Shown: piece by piece, positions 40,238-50,497 of the stretch
Position numbering within the stretch: the stretch's first letter is position 1
How the letters are laid out: each line of letters opens with the position of its first letter
Assembly: GCA_002010065.2 (NCBI GenBank)
Contig: MTMD02000008.1
Span: 160,001 to 224,000, forward strand
From: Candidatus Pyrohabitans jungbluthii
Lineage (GTDB): Archaea > Hydrothermarchaeota > Hydrothermarchaeia > Hydrothermarchaeales > BMS3B
Direction of reading: 5' to 3'
DNA: 64,000 nt
Notes under the pieces: generated by a model
Database searches by the model: none
Told to the model about the DNA's origin: nothing
Seen by the model: only the letters and a program-made list of their open reading frames with translations
Program-made: the position numbers and the translations under genes

Positions 40238-40747
40238 CTATACCTCCAGGCTTCTGACTATCTCCAGGTTCTTCTCCTTTGCTATGGAATAGATCCTCTC
40301 CATTACCCTGCGCCTGTCCACACCTTGGGAAACTTCTATATCCACTATAGCTGAGGACTCCTTATCAGGGTGGGGCATCGCAAGGCTGAGGTCAGAGACC
40401 ATAACTCCTTCAAGCTCGTTTATCCTGTCTATTGTGTCGCGGAGGTCAGTATCTACGACATGCCCAATCATGAGCAGGGTTATCCTCTCCTTCTTGGTTA
40501 CCTCTCCAAGCTTTGTCACACGCACCCCTTGCTCTTCGAGTTCATTTATAATGCGCTCCAGGCTTGCCTCGTCTGGCACGTCGATGGTGAAGTGCACAGG
40601 CACTCGCCCTGAGCGGAGCTTCTCCTCTTCGCGCAGGTGGATTATGCTTATCACATTACCGCCGTACCTTGAGATCGGCTCCAGCGCGAGCAGAAGCTGC
40701 CCTGGCGTATCCTTCAGCTCAAGATCAACGCTAACCCTCATGTCCAT
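40238..40747 (-). CDS. ACT-domain regulator associated with homoserine dehydrogenase
   Basis: [33 protein letters not shown]. Confidence 0.85.
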   Translation of the reverse strand: MDMRVSVDLELKDTPGQLLLALEPISRYGGNVISIIHLREEEKLRSGRVPVHFTIDVPDEASLERIINELEEQGVRVTKLGEVTKKERITLLMIGHVVDTDLRDTIDRINELEGVMVSDLSLAMPHPDKESSAIVDIEVSQGVDRRRVMERIYSIAKEKNLEIVRSLEV

Positions 40748-41343
40748 CACCACAGTTTTCCTTCTTCTCCCCATAAGCCGGAGAAGAGATTCTCCTCCTC
40801 TTCCTTGTAAACCTCTGGTTTTGTTTCTCTCTTTTTCTGCTTTTGGGCACGCCTCCTCTTCTTTATGCCCCTGTCAGCAAACTTTAAAAGAGTGCCGTAG
40901 TCCTCGAGAAGGTGCTCAAGACTGTGAAGCGAGATGTTCTGGGTGAAGCGCTTGTGGGTCTCGTACACCTCGCCGGTAAACTCTCTAATCGCCTCCTTCA
41001 TCTCAGAAAAGGTGGCATGGTCAGTGAGGTTGAAGAGGAAGTCTTTATCCAGGTAGCGGCAGAAGTCGAGAATGAAGGTTTGCACAACGTAGCGGGCGGC
41101 ATAGCTATCGCGGTCCATGCCGGAGATTATCCTGATGAAAAGCTTTATCTGCTCCTCCACCGCCTCCCGAGAGGTGATGTCGGCGAAGAATCTGTTGCCC
41201 TTTCGTAGCGAGGTGAACTCGTCTCTTCCCTGAGCAGAAGTTTCTACCTCATATGCGCGAAGCGCTTGCTTAAACTCCTCTTCGCCGAACATGCAAGAGA
41301 ATTTTGGGGGCAGGGAATATATAATTTCCGGATGGCTCAGCAA
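40747..41343 (-). CDS. Hypothetical helical protein
   Basis: Fills the gap between hypE and the ACT gene, overlapping both; no motif recognised. Confidence 0.65.
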   Translation of the reverse strand: MLSHPEIIYSLPPKFSCMFGEEEFKQALRAYEVETSAQGRDEFTSLRKGNRFFADITSREAVEEQIKLFIRIISGMDRDSYAARYVVQTFILDFCRYLDKDFLFNLTDHATFSEMKEAIREFTGEVYETHKRFTQNISLHSLEHLLEDYGTLLKFADRGIKKRRRAQKQKKRETKPEVYKEEEENLFSGLWGEEGKLW

Positions 41344-42356
41344 ATCCTGGGCACCGGGTCTGCCAGAGGCCAGTCCAGGATTCTCTTCCCGCCGATCTCT
41401 GTCTCCATTACCACCCTCTTTGGGTGCTCAGAGGTGACCTCCCCTATTATCGCCGCGTTTTTCCCGACTTTTGTGGAGCGAACTGCGCTGAGCACCTCCT
41501 CCGCCTTTTCTCTCTCCACGGCGATTAGCGCTTTGCCCTCGTTGCCCACGCTCAGGGGGTCTATGCCCAGAAGCTCACACGCAGAAAGCACCTCTTCGCG
41601 AATTGGCAGGTCGCTTTCCCGGATTACTATGCCCACATTAGCTTTGGCAGCCCACTCGTTAAGCGCACTCGCGACACCGCCTCGAGTGGGGTCCTTCATC
41701 GCCTTTACCCCGCCTACCCTGAGGGCGCGCTCTACCGCAGGCCATACGGGGGCGACGTCCGACTCAAGCGTTGTCTCAAACTCAAACCCCTCGCGGAAGG
41801 CGAGCAGCGCAGTGCCATGGTCGCCTATAGTGCCGGTGATTATAATCACATCCCCAGGCTCAACACCGGCGTCGGTTATCACCCTTCCCCTTTCAGTTAT
41901 CCCCACGCCTGTAGTGGTGACCACCAGCTTATCCAGCTTTCCTCTCTCCACCACCTTGGTGTCACCTGTGACTATCGCCACGCCGCACTCGCGAGCGGCG
42001 GCATCCATGCTCTTTATAACCTTTTCAAGTTCCTCTTTGGGCAAGCCTTCCTCTATCACCAGCGCCGAGGCTATAGCGAGAGGCTTTGCTCCCATTACCG
42101 CAACGTCGTTAGCCGTGCCGTACACCGCAAGTTTGCCAATATCGCCACCCGGAAAGAAGAGGGGCGAGACGGTGTGCGCGTCGGTGGCGATAACAATCTC
42201 GTAGTCGCCCACGCGGAGCGAAGCGCCGTCATCGAGGGCTTCTAAGCCAACTCCTCCAGCATTCTTGTTTGTTATATTCGCGGCTATCACCTGCTCTATC
42301 AGCTCCTCCATAAGTCTGCCACCGGCGCCGTGGGCGAGAGTAATCTCTTCACTCAA
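41337..42356 (-). CDS. hypE: Hydrogenase maturation carbamoyl dehydratase
   Basis: ITLAHGAGG, FPGGDIGKLAVYGTAND, GDTKVV, KDPTRGG, C-terminal PRIC. Confidence 0.95.
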   Translation of the reverse strand: MSEEITLAHGAGGRLMEELIEQVIAANITNKNAGGVGLEALDDGASLRVGDYEIVIATDAHTVSPLFFPGGDIGKLAVYGTANDVAVMGAKPLAIASALVIEEGLPKEELEKVIKSMDAAARECGVAIVTGDTKVVERGKLDKLVVTTTGVGITERGRVITDAGVEPGDVIIITGTIGDHGTALLAFREGFEFETTLESDVAPVWPAVERALRVGGVKAMKDPTRGGVASALNEWAAKANVGIVIRESDLPIREEVLSACELLGIDPLSVGNEGKALIAVEREKAEEVLSAVRSTKVGKNAAIIGEVTSEHPKRVVMETEIGGKRILDWPLADPVPRIC

Positions 42357-43411
42357 AGGGGTACAACCTCCGTCTCAAGTCGATCTGCAGTGGGATACTC
42401 CTCTACTATATAAAAGCGCAGCTCCTTTAAGTACTTTGCAAGCTCTCTTGCAATTTCCCGAGTGGTCTCCAGCCTTCGCTTTTCTTTGTCAACAGCTATT
42501 AAATGAGGTGGTATGTCAAACTCGCGCACCAGGCGCAGCCTCAGCCTCTCCAGGTCTCCATCTGCGTAAACTACGCCCTTGAGCAGAAGGCCCTCTTCTG
42601 TGACCTCCTCATAGGGCTTTGCACTCGCTAAGGCGGTGCGTAGCAGGCGCTGGCGAAGCTGCCCTGCATCTTTATAGCGGGAGGTGCAGAAGTGCACCCT
42701 CGCATCGGCGAACCTCTCCAGCCTCTCCATAGCTTTTAGCGCCGCCTCTCTGCTTCCCACAACTGCGTACGAATCCCCTCGCAGAGAGAAACCCCTCGAC
42801 CTTAAAGCCTGAGCATTTGTGTCCGAGAACTCAAGCTCATTGAGGTTGAGAAACCCTCCCAGTGAAGCAACTCTGGTTGCGATTTCGACAATCTCCTCCT
42901 CTCCATCCGGGAAGGCGGGTATCTCAACCCCAACCTCCAGCCCAATCCGCTTCGCCTTGCGGATGCTCTCCCACACCTGCGTGCGATTCTTCTGTGTGAT
43001 GTGAAACCTCAACTCGTCCAGACCAGCGCTCTTAAGCTTCTGCAGCTCGCCTTCGTCCAGGCAGGTGGCGGTGTACATGTGGATGTGAAACTCCTCACCA
43101 AACTTCGACTTTAAAAGCTGAATGTAGTGTAGAGTTCTTTCCAGCTTCAGCGCAGGATCGCCGCCAGTTATGCCAGCGCCTTCAGCTCGCATGCGAAGTG
43201 CCTCGGCGATTACCTCGGCGTCACTTTTCACAAGCCTCTCGTTAACCCAGGCAACATCTTTGCCGCGGCGCTTCTCTGAGAGAGGGCAGTAGTAGCATCC
43301 TTCGCGGCACAAGCCTGTGACGAAGAGCACAAGCTTCGCTCCCTGCATGCAAAGCTCGCAGCCTCTTGCTAGTTCGCCTATGTACGCGTTGCCTTCCCTG
43401 GTTGTTTGCAT
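42353..43411 (-). CDS. Archaeal radical SAM protein (uncharacterised conserved family)
   Basis: GCELC..GAKLVLFVTGLCREGCYYCP, GITGGDP, LDELRFH, NLNELE. Confidence 0.88.
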   Translation of the reverse strand: MQTTREGNAYIGELARGCELCMQGAKLVLFVTGLCREGCYYCPLSEKRRGKDVAWVNERLVKSDAEVIAEALRMRAEGAGITGGDPALKLERTLHYIQLLKSKFGEEFHIHMYTATCLDEGELQKLKSAGLDELRFHITQKNRTQVWESIRKAKRIGLEVGVEIPAFPDGEEEIVEIATRVASLGGFLNLNELEFSDTNAQALRSRGFSLRGDSYAVVGSREAALKAMERLERFADARVHFCTSRYKDAGQLRQRLLRTALASAKPYEEVTEEGLLLKGVVYADGDLERLRLRLVREFDIPPHLIAVDKEKRRLETTREIARELAKYLKELRFYIVEEYPTADRLETEVVPL

Positions 43412-43441
43412 ACCCAGCGAGGGATGTCTAACCTCTGAAAA

Positions 43442-44425
43442 TCACCGCAGGTGGATGCACTCCCCGTAAATTATACGCCTCTGCTTGCCCGCGTCGGTTT
43501 TGAGGATGAGGGCGCCTTCCTCGTCTATCTTCACTGCTTCGCCCTCTATCGTTTCCCTGGGTGTGAGTATCCTTACCCTTTTGCCCAGAGTGGAGCACAG
43601 GTCTTCCCAGTCTATCAGCAGGCTTTGCATTCCCCCTTTAAGAAAAATCTCATATGAGCGCTCAAACTCATTGAGAAGCTCTGCCAGGAGCCGGTTCCTA
43701 TCCACATTTTTACCAAGCTCCTCAACCAGCGAAGTGGCACCGGAGCGAATCTCCTCTGGGAAACTCTGGGTGGAGTTGTTCGCGTTTATCCCTACCCCTA
43801 CCACGAGGAAGTTGAGCATGTCCAGCTCCGCCTCCACCTCAGTTAAAATTCCGCACACCTTCCTATCATGAATCAGCACATCGTTGGGCCATTTTATACT
43901 AGCGTCGACGTGGTAAAGCCTGCGCAGCGTCTTTGCAACGCCTGCACCGAAAATCAGTGTGATTTTAGGAGCTTCCTCAGGCGCTATGTTTGGCCGCAGA
44001 ATGAGGGAAAACCACAGCCCACCCCGCGGCGAGAGCCACACTCTGCCCACCCTGCCTCTGCCATGGGTCTGCTCCTCCGCTATGACAACGCTCCCCTCCT
44101 CTTCCTCTGAGCGGGCAAGCTCCTTCGCAAGGTCGTTGGTCGAAGCTACGCGTTCGTGAATGTAGAGCCTCCTACCAAATCTTCTCGCCTTAAGATACCT
44201 TCTTATCTCCGATTCTAGGAGCAGGTCAGGCATGCTCGTAAGGCGATAACCCTGTTTACCAACTTCGATTTCCACCCCCCTCGCCTTTAGCGTGCGAATC
44301 TGCTTCCATATTGCTGTCCTGCTCACCCCAAGCTTGGTTGCAAGTTCCTCGCCTGAGATATAGCTTCCCAGGCGTTGCATGAGTATGCGCAGAAGCTCCT
44401 CCCGCATAAAAACTATTTTATCCAA
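43442..44425 (-). CDS. birA: Bifunctional biotin ligase/repressor
   Basis: N-terminal HTH (SGEELA..VSRTAIWK), STN, QTHGRGR, KWPND, KVCGIL. Confidence 0.95.
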   Translation of the reverse strand: MDKIVFMREELLRILMQRLGSYISGEELATKLGVSRTAIWKQIRTLKARGVEIEVGKQGYRLTSMPDLLLESEIRRYLKARRFGRRLYIHERVASTNDLAKELARSEEEEGSVVIAEEQTHGRGRVGRVWLSPRGGLWFSLILRPNIAPEEAPKITLIFGAGVAKTLRRLYHVDASIKWPNDVLIHDRKVCGILTEVEAELDMLNFLVVGVGINANNSTQSFPEEIRSGATSLVEELGKNVDRNRLLAELLNEFERSYEIFLKGGMQSLLIDWEDLCSTLGKRVRILTPRETIEGEAVKIDEEGALILKTDAGKQRRIIYGECIHLR

Positions 44426-44445
44426 GAGGTTATAAAAATGTAATT

Positions 44446-44787
44446 ATGAAGGAAAAGCTCAAAATCTTCCGCAGAGGTGAGGGGGAGAAGGAGATAAATC
44501 TTGGCTCGGGTCCAATACGTCTGCTTGTGCGCAGTCGCTTACTCGAGGGTATGGTGGTTGAGCTTGAGCCGAAAGCTGAGATACCAAAGGTCTACTCCCA
44601 CGAGGGCGAAGAGCTTAGAATAGTGCTCGAAGGCGAAATTGAGGTAGAGGTGGAAGGGAAGCGCTACCTTCTTAAGGAGGGGGACTTCATGTGGTTCGAC
44701 TCCAGCTTAAGACACAGGATAAGGAACCCCACCGATAAAAAGGCGGTGTACTTCTCTGTCAACTCGCCCCCTTCGCTTGAGTGGTAA
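44446..44787 (+). CDS. Cupin domain protein
   Basis: SHEGEE..VLEGEIEV..LKEGD..FDSSLRHRIRN. Confidence 0.85.
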   Translation: MKEKLKIFRRGEGEKEINLGSGPIRLLVRSRLLEGMVVELEPKAEIPKVYSHEGEELRIVLEGEIEVEVEGKRYLLKEGDFMWFDSSLRHRIRNPTDKKAVYFSVNSPPSLEW

Positions 44788-46284
44788 CTACTCCCTCTCG
44801 TACTTCTCCTCGGATTTTCTTTTTGCAGCGTCGATGTACATGCTAACCGCCGTTGCTATGGCTGCGACGCGTTTATCCTCGCGGAAAGCCTCGGCCAACC
44901 TCGCTTCGCGTGCTTCGTCCTCCTTTATTATCTCGGGTATCTTTGCGAGGATGTTCTGCTCCTCTATGAAGTTGGTAGAAAGCTCACCTCTGCGGAAAGC
45001 CTCATTGCGCATCACCGCTTTGTGGAAGGGGATGTTGGTTTTTACGCCTGTTATTATATACTCGCTAAGGGCGCGCTCCATTCTCGCAATCGCCTCTTCT
45101 CGAGTTCTTCCCCACACGACGAGTTTTGAAATCATGGAATCGTAGTAGGGCGGAATTGTGTAGCCCATCCTTATGCCAGAGTCTATTCTAACTCCAGGAC
45201 CTCCGGGGGAGCGATAGCGGGTTATTTTTCCAGGCGAAGGTGCAAAGTCGTTCAGCGGATCCTCGGCGTTAATCCTGCACTCTATTGCATGCCCAAAGAG
45301 GGGCACCTCGCTCTGCTCATATTCTATTGCCTCTCCCGCAGCTATTAGTATCTGCTCCTTAACTATGTCTATGCCGGTGGTGCGCTCTGTTATGGGGTGC
45401 TCCACCTGCAGGCGGGTGTTCATCTCAAGGAAGTAAAACTCCCCCTGGGAGTAGATGAACTCCACTGTGCCCGCGTTGGTATATTTTATGGACTCCGCGG
45501 CTTTGACCGCTAAGCCGCCGATGCGCTCTCTAAGCTCCGGCGTAACAATGGGCGAGGGGCACTCCTCAATAAGCTTCTGATGCCTGCGCTGTATAGAGCA
45601 CTCGCGCTCGTTGAGGTGAAGCGTCTTGCCGTGCTTATCAGCGAGAACCTGAAATTCTATGTGCCTGGGGCGAGAGAGGAACTTTTCAATGAAAAGCGTT
45701 GCATCACCAAAGGCGGACTTAGCCACGCTTTTCGCAGACTCTATCGCCTGCTCCAGTTCAGCCTCGCTTTTGACAACCTTCATCCCTATTCCGCCGCCGC
45801 CTGCAGAGGCCTTGAGCACAATGGGATAGCCTATCTCTTCAGCTATTGCCTTGGCTTCTTCAACATCGCGAACCTCGCCCTCGCTACCTGGCACCACAGG
45901 TACGCCCGCCTTCTTCATGGTCTTCCTTGCCTCAATCTTGCTCCCCATGAGTTCGACAGCTTTGCTCGAAGGGCCTATGAAGGTTATGCCGTGCTTTTCG
46001 CAGGCTCGCACAAATTTCGCATTCTCAGCCAGGAAGCCGTAGCCCGGGTGGATTGCATCTGCGCCGCTCTTCTCTGCCACATCTAGAATTGCGTCGATAT
46101 TCAGGTAGCTCTGGCTCGGGGGTGCAGCTCCAATCAGGTAAGCCTCGTCAGCATACTTCGCATGAAGCGCGTGCTTATCTGCTTCAGAATACACTGCTAC
46201 AGTGGGTATGCCAAGCTCCCTGCATGCGCGCATCACGCGAACTGCAATTTCTCCCCTGTTTGCAACAAGGATTTTACCGAACAT
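44788..46284 (-). CDS. pycA: Biotin carboxylase (pyruvate carboxylase subunit A type)
   Basis: [49 protein letters not shown]. Confidence 0.9.
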   Translation of the reverse strand: MFGKILVANRGEIAVRVMRACRELGIPTVAVYSEADKHALHAKYADEAYLIGAAPPSQSYLNIDAILDVAEKSGADAIHPGYGFLAENAKFVRACEKHGITFIGPSSKAVELMGSKIEARKTMKKAGVPVVPGSEGEVRDVEEAKAIAEEIGYPIVLKASAGGGGIGMKVVKSEAELEQAIESAKSVAKSAFGDATLFIEKFLSRPRHIEFQVLADKHGKTLHLNERECSIQRRHQKLIEECPSPIVTPELRERIGGLAVKAAESIKYTNAGTVEFIYSQGEFYFLEMNTRLQVEHPITERTTGIDIVKEQILIAAGEAIEYEQSEVPLFGHAIECRINAEDPLNDFAPSPGKITRYRSPGGPGVRIDSGIRMGYTIPPYYDSMISKLVVWGRTREEAIARMERALSEYIITGVKTNIPFHKAVMRNEAFRRGELSTNFIEEQNILAKIPEIIKEDEAREARLAEAFREDKRVAAIATAVSMYIDAAKRKSEEKYERE

Positions 46285-46315
46285 GATTTAGGCATCTCCT
46301 GCGCGCTTTTTATAA

Positions 46316-46753
46316 TTATCGAGGCACCCTGCGTAGCACCACCTTAACCAAAGGAAGCCCGCGCTCACAAGAAAGCTTTGCACCGGAATCTTTAATCATA
46401 ACCACGTCGCCAACTTTAAGTCCCTCGGGGGAGCAGAGCAGGTAATTCTCGCACAGCACTTTATTGCAAGCGACCGGCGAATACACTAGCTTTGCGCCGA
46501 TGAGCGCCTTCCTCGGCTCTATTCCTGCCTCAACCTCCGCCTCCTCCACCTCGACAACCACAGCCTCGCCATAGACGGCACAGGTATGGCTTTTCTTCCT
46601 TACCCCGACGACGCGGTACTTCCTCCCAGCCTCAAGGTTCTCCAAGCAGGTTTTGCTGAGCTTGCACTCTGCGCATTCTTCCGCTGCGCCGTAGTGGATA
46701 AAGAGGTATCCCTCCTTTGCAGACCTCTTATCTATAAGCGTGATCGGCATCAT
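46316..46753 (-). CDS. UPF0179 family protein
   Basis: ITLI..AKEG..CAECKL..C..NLEAGRKYRV Cys pattern; conserved neighbour of egsA. Confidence 0.85.
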   Translation of the reverse strand: MMPITLIDKRSAKEGYLFIHYGAAEECAECKLSKTCLENLEAGRKYRVVGVRKKSHTCAVYGEAVVVEVEEAEVEAGIEPRKALIGAKLVYSPVACNKVLCENYLLCSPEGLKVGDVVMIKDSGAKLSCERGLPLVKVVLRRVPR

Positions 46754-47793
46754 ATTACCCCTGTTACCTTTGCAACCTTCTCTGCCTTATCTCTACTCAG
46801 ATTCACGTGCTCAAGGATGGTGTAGCGGTGCGGGCGTATTTCGCGCGCCTTCACAAGCGCCTCAACCACCTCTCTCCTGCTCACCCCTAGCTCCTCTGCG
46901 CATGTGGGTGCACCTATTTCGCTGAGCGCGCTGCGTATGCGCTGCCAGTCGCCGCCATGGAGGTACATCATCATTATTGTTCCCACTCCACACTGCTCGC
47001 CGTGGAGCGCGGGCTTCTCGGCTATCATATCCAGAGCGTGGCTGAACTTGTGCTCAGAACCAGAGCCAGGGCGGGAGCTGCCAGCGATGCTCATAGCTAC
47101 GCCGCAGGATATGAGCGCCTTCACAACCTTGCGGATACCCTCGCGGGAGCTGCGAATCTCCCCGGCGGAGCGCATAACTATTTTTGCGCTCATCCTAGAT
47201 AAGGCGATTGAATACTCGCTTATCTCCTCGCCAGTAACACGGTGGGCAAGCTCCCAGTCACGCGTCGCCGTGAACTTTGAAATCACGTCCCCACATCCGC
47301 TGGCGGTAAGGCGATAGGGTGCTGAGTCTATAATCTCTATATCTGCAAGCACACCAAGCGGCGCAATTGCTTCCTTTGAGACTGTGCCATTCTTGTCCTT
47401 TATAGAGGCACGAGAGCTTGCGACTCCATCATGGCTCGCCGCTGTCGGCACACTCAAAAACTCCACACCAAGCCTCTTTGCTACCAGCTTGGCTACGTCT
47501 ATCACCTTGCCTCCTCCCACACCCACAAGGAATTCTGCGCCTAAGCTGCGTGCTGCCTCAAGCGCTTCCTCGACAGCTTCAAAGCTCGCCTCCCTCAGCC
47601 CGAAAACCTCAACCTCATGCTCCTCCCCCAGGATTTCCGCAGCGCGCGCCCCCGCAACCTTTGCAGTGGCGCTTCCTGTAAGAAGAAGGCAGCGGTTCCC
47701 GAGCTTTAACTGCGCCACCAGTTGATTAAGCTTGCCCAGCACGCCTTCACCCACGAGCACAGCTCTCGGAAGCTGCATCAGCTTGGTGCGCAT
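46750..47793 (-). CDS. egsA: Glycerol-1-phosphate dehydrogenase
   Basis: GVGGGKVIDVAK, PTAASHDG, SSRPGSGSEH, LHGEQ. Confidence 0.96.
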   Translation of the reverse strand: MRTKLMQLPRAVLVGEGVLGKLNQLVAQLKLGNRCLLLTGSATAKVAGARAAEILGEEHEVEVFGLREASFEAVEEALEAARSLGAEFLVGVGGGKVIDVAKLVAKRLGVEFLSVPTAASHDGVASSRASIKDKNGTVSKEAIAPLGVLADIEIIDSAPYRLTASGCGDVISKFTATRDWELAHRVTGEEISEYSIALSRMSAKIVMRSAGEIRSSREGIRKVVKALISCGVAMSIAGSSRPGSGSEHKFSHALDMIAEKPALHGEQCGVGTIMMMYLHGGDWQRIRSALSEIGAPTCAEELGVSRREVVEALVKAREIRPHRYTILEHVNLSRDKAEKVAKVTGVI

Positions 47794-47830
47794 AAAAAAT
47801 AGAAGAGATTTCAAAGATTATATAACTTTG

Positions 47831-48208
47831 CTATTTCTGGAGTAGCGATTCAATTGTGCGAAACAGCTTCGCCATGTTTATCGGCTTGTCAACATGTGCA
47901 TCTGCCCCTGCTTCCCTGCTCTCCTCCTTGGTCTCCGGCTCTACCATCACTGTAAGTATTATCACCGGGATGTCCTTAAGCGTGGGATCTGACTTGATAA
48001 CCCTGCACGCCTCTATTCCAGACATCCCCGGCATCATGAGGTCGAGGATGATAAGGTCTGGTCTATCGCCAGAGCGAAGCTTTTCTATGGCCTCCTCCGC
48101 ACTCTCATAGAGGTCCACCTCGTACCCTCGCTTATTCAGGATTTTTGAGAGTATAGCCCTTATATCTGGCTCGTCGTCCACAACCATTATCCTCGCCATA
48201 CTACTCAC
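47831..48208 (-). CDS. Single-domain response regulator
   Basis: VVDDEPD, LDLMMPGMSG, ILT, DKP. Confidence 0.92.
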   Translation of the reverse strand: MSSMARIMVVDDEPDIRAILSKILNKRGYEVDLYESAEEAIEKLRSGDRPDLIILDLMMPGMSGIEACRVIKSDPTLKDIPVIILTVMVEPETKEESREAGADAHVDKPINMAKLFRTIESLLQK

Positions 48209-49562
48209 CCTTTGGTAATTTTGTCCAGAAGATGCTTCCCCTGGGAACGTTGTCCTCTACGCCTACTTCACCACCGTGCAGCTCTGCCACGCGTTTGGCT
48301 ATCGCCAGCCCCAAACCTGAGCCTTTCACACCACCTCTACCTCCTCTGCTGAACCTGTCAAATATTGTTACCTTCTGCTCCTCCGGTACACCAGGCCCAT
48401 AGTCTGCGAAGCTTATCTTCCAGTAGTCTCCTTCTTCCTCTGCGGAAATCATCACCTTCTGTCCTTGCCTAGCGTATTTAATGGCATTGCTGAGGAAGTT
48501 CCCGAAGATTTCCTCAACTATTGGGTTAGCCTTTACCGGCAGACTTCTGTCGATTCTGTTTTCTACGCTCATGCCAGCTTCGCTGAGCATTGGTTTGAAC
48601 TCCTGTACCACGTCAGAGATAACCTCAGCAAGATCCATCTCCACTTTTTTGATTTTCTCCATGCTGGCGAGCTTTGAAAACTTTGTGGCATTCTCTATCA
48701 CTTCAATAATCCTCCCTGCATTCCTGCGGATTGCCATTATTGTTTCTGAGTCTATTCCATCGCCCTGAGCCTGCTCAGCGTACCCCTTTATTATACTTGC
48801 ATAGTTCATGAGGTCATGATGAAGGATATCTATAAAAAGGTCTTTAAGCTCGTTGCTTTGCTTCAATTTCTCTGCATAATCCCTTAGTTTCTCCTCTGTC
48901 CTCTTCAGCGGGGTTATGTCTGAAAGAGTCGCAATTGTGACTGTGATATCTCCTTTATCATCGAAAATCGGAGATATACTGACGAGTACGTCTTTTATTT
49001 TTCCATTCACATCTGAAATCTCTGTTTCAAGGGTAAATGGAACACTTTGTGGTTTGTATATCGCCTGCATGAACTGCCGAGAGCACTCCTCACCACAGTA
49101 ATTCGTAATCGGTGTGCCGATTATATCATCGACGCTTGATCCAAAGAGCTCAGCCGCCTTGGAATTAGCATAGATTATACGCCCCTCCCTGTCGAGGGTT
49201 ATCACGCTCTCATTCATCATTTCCACCAGAGTTCTGTATTTCTTCTCAGACTCCACCAAGGCTCTCTCTGCTTTTGCCTTGCTTTTAAAGTAATCTGAAA
49301 TATAAAGCACACCAGCTATCATGAGTACTGAAATTACAAGTGCCACAAGCTCTGGCAGCACGCCTGTAAAAATCTCCCCGGCACCGTAGTAAAGGGCAAG
49401 GAGGGAGATGAGCCTCCTTAATCCCATGAAAAGAAAGGCGATGCTCAGAAGAAGCCATCCTCTTGATTTTGTGACCCCCACCAGGTGAAAAGCAATGTAT
49501 GCAGCAATAAACTGGAGTAAGGCTGAGAGAGACAATATACTCGCAGTTAAACTATCGACCAT
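48201..49562 (-). CDS. Membrane PAS sensor histidine kinase
   Basis: 3 TM, PAS, LHHDLMNY, NAIKY, GVKGSGLGL. Confidence 0.9.
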   Translation of the reverse strand: MVDSLTASILSLSALLQFIAAYIAFHLVGVTKSRGWLLLSIAFLFMGLRRLISLLALYYGAGEIFTGVLPELVALVISVLMIAGVLYISDYFKSKAKAERALVESEKKYRTLVEMMNESVITLDREGRIIYANSKAAELFGSSVDDIIGTPITNYCGEECSRQFMQAIYKPQSVPFTLETEISDVNGKIKDVLVSISPIFDDKGDITVTIATLSDITPLKRTEEKLRDYAEKLKQSNELKDLFIDILHHDLMNYASIIKGYAEQAQGDGIDSETIMAIRRNAGRIIEVIENATKFSKLASMEKIKKVEMDLAEVISDVVQEFKPMLSEAGMSVENRIDRSLPVKANPIVEEIFGNFLSNAIKYARQGQKVMISAEEEGDYWKISFADYGPGVPEEQKVTIFDRFSRGGRGGVKGSGLGLAIAKRVAELHGGEVGVEDNVPRGSIFWTKLPKGE

Positions 49563-49677
49563 TCATTCCCCTCTTTTTAATTTCAGAGACTTGAAGCTAC
49601 TATTATATCTGTACACACAAATATTTATATCATTGGGATGATTTTGTGGTGCATCTCAGTAGCTAAAAGGTGAAAAC

Positions 49678-50442
49678 ATGGCTGTTTATACACCCCTCGA
49701 CTACGCGAAGAGTTTTGTCATTCTCATAACCATCCTGTGGCTCCTGAGAAGGTACCTTTTTACTAGAATCGCCCTGGACAGGGAGTTCATGCTGGCTTTG
49801 ATCCCGCCCATAGTGTTGGCGATAACCATTCGCCTTCTCGTAGACGCGGGCGTTTATGAAAAGTCCCAGTGGTGGAGTGTGACCCCGGGCATCTACGTGC
49901 TTGGCGTTGTCTATGGCTCGATGCTTGTTGGGGTAGGTTTGCTCGTGCAGGAGAGGTATGGAATAAGGTACTGGAAGGTTGTACTCGTCCTTGGCGCTGC
50001 CACAATACCCTATTTTCTACTAAAGCTCATCGCTGAAATGACATCTCCGCTAAGGTTCTTTTATCCTGTCGCCCTGGCGGCGTCGCTTACGCTTGTGGTT
50101 GGAGGTATCGCAAGGGTTGCTAGCGTGGACTTTCTTCGCACCCCTGACAACCTAGGCATAATCTTCGCTCACCTCTTAGATGCCAGTGGGACCTTCATAG
50201 GCATAGACTACTTCCACTTCAGTGAGGAACACATTCTGCCAGAGATTTTCATCAACCTCGCTGGCACCGCTGCGGTCATGATACCCCTGAAGCTGGTTGT
50301 TGTTGGGACAGCGCTCTACCTCCTTGAGAAGTGGAGGCAGGAGGAGGGTGAGGATGTTTACTACCGGATCATCAAGATAACCATGTTCATCCTTGGTCTG
50401 GGACCAGGAACAAGAAACTCCCTCCTCCTGACTTTGGTTTAG
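49678..50442 (+). CDS. DUF63 family membrane protein
   Basis: RLLVDAG, TPGIY, AHLLDASGT, EEHILP, LGLGPGTR. Confidence 0.85.
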   Translation: MAVYTPLDYAKSFVILITILWLLRRYLFTRIALDREFMLALIPPIVLAITIRLLVDAGVYEKSQWWSVTPGIYVLGVVYGSMLVGVGLLVQERYGIRYWKVVLVLGAATIPYFLLKLIAEMTSPLRFFYPVALAASLTLVVGGIARVASVDFLRTPDNLGIIFAHLLDASGTFIGIDYFHFSEEHILPEIFINLAGTAAVMIPLKLVVVGTALYLLEKWRQEEGEDVYYRIIKITMFILGLGPGTRNSLLLTLV

Positions 50443-50497
50443 TTTTAAAAGCCTCCACTGAAAAATATAAATAGGGACTGGGGGATAATTAAATGCA

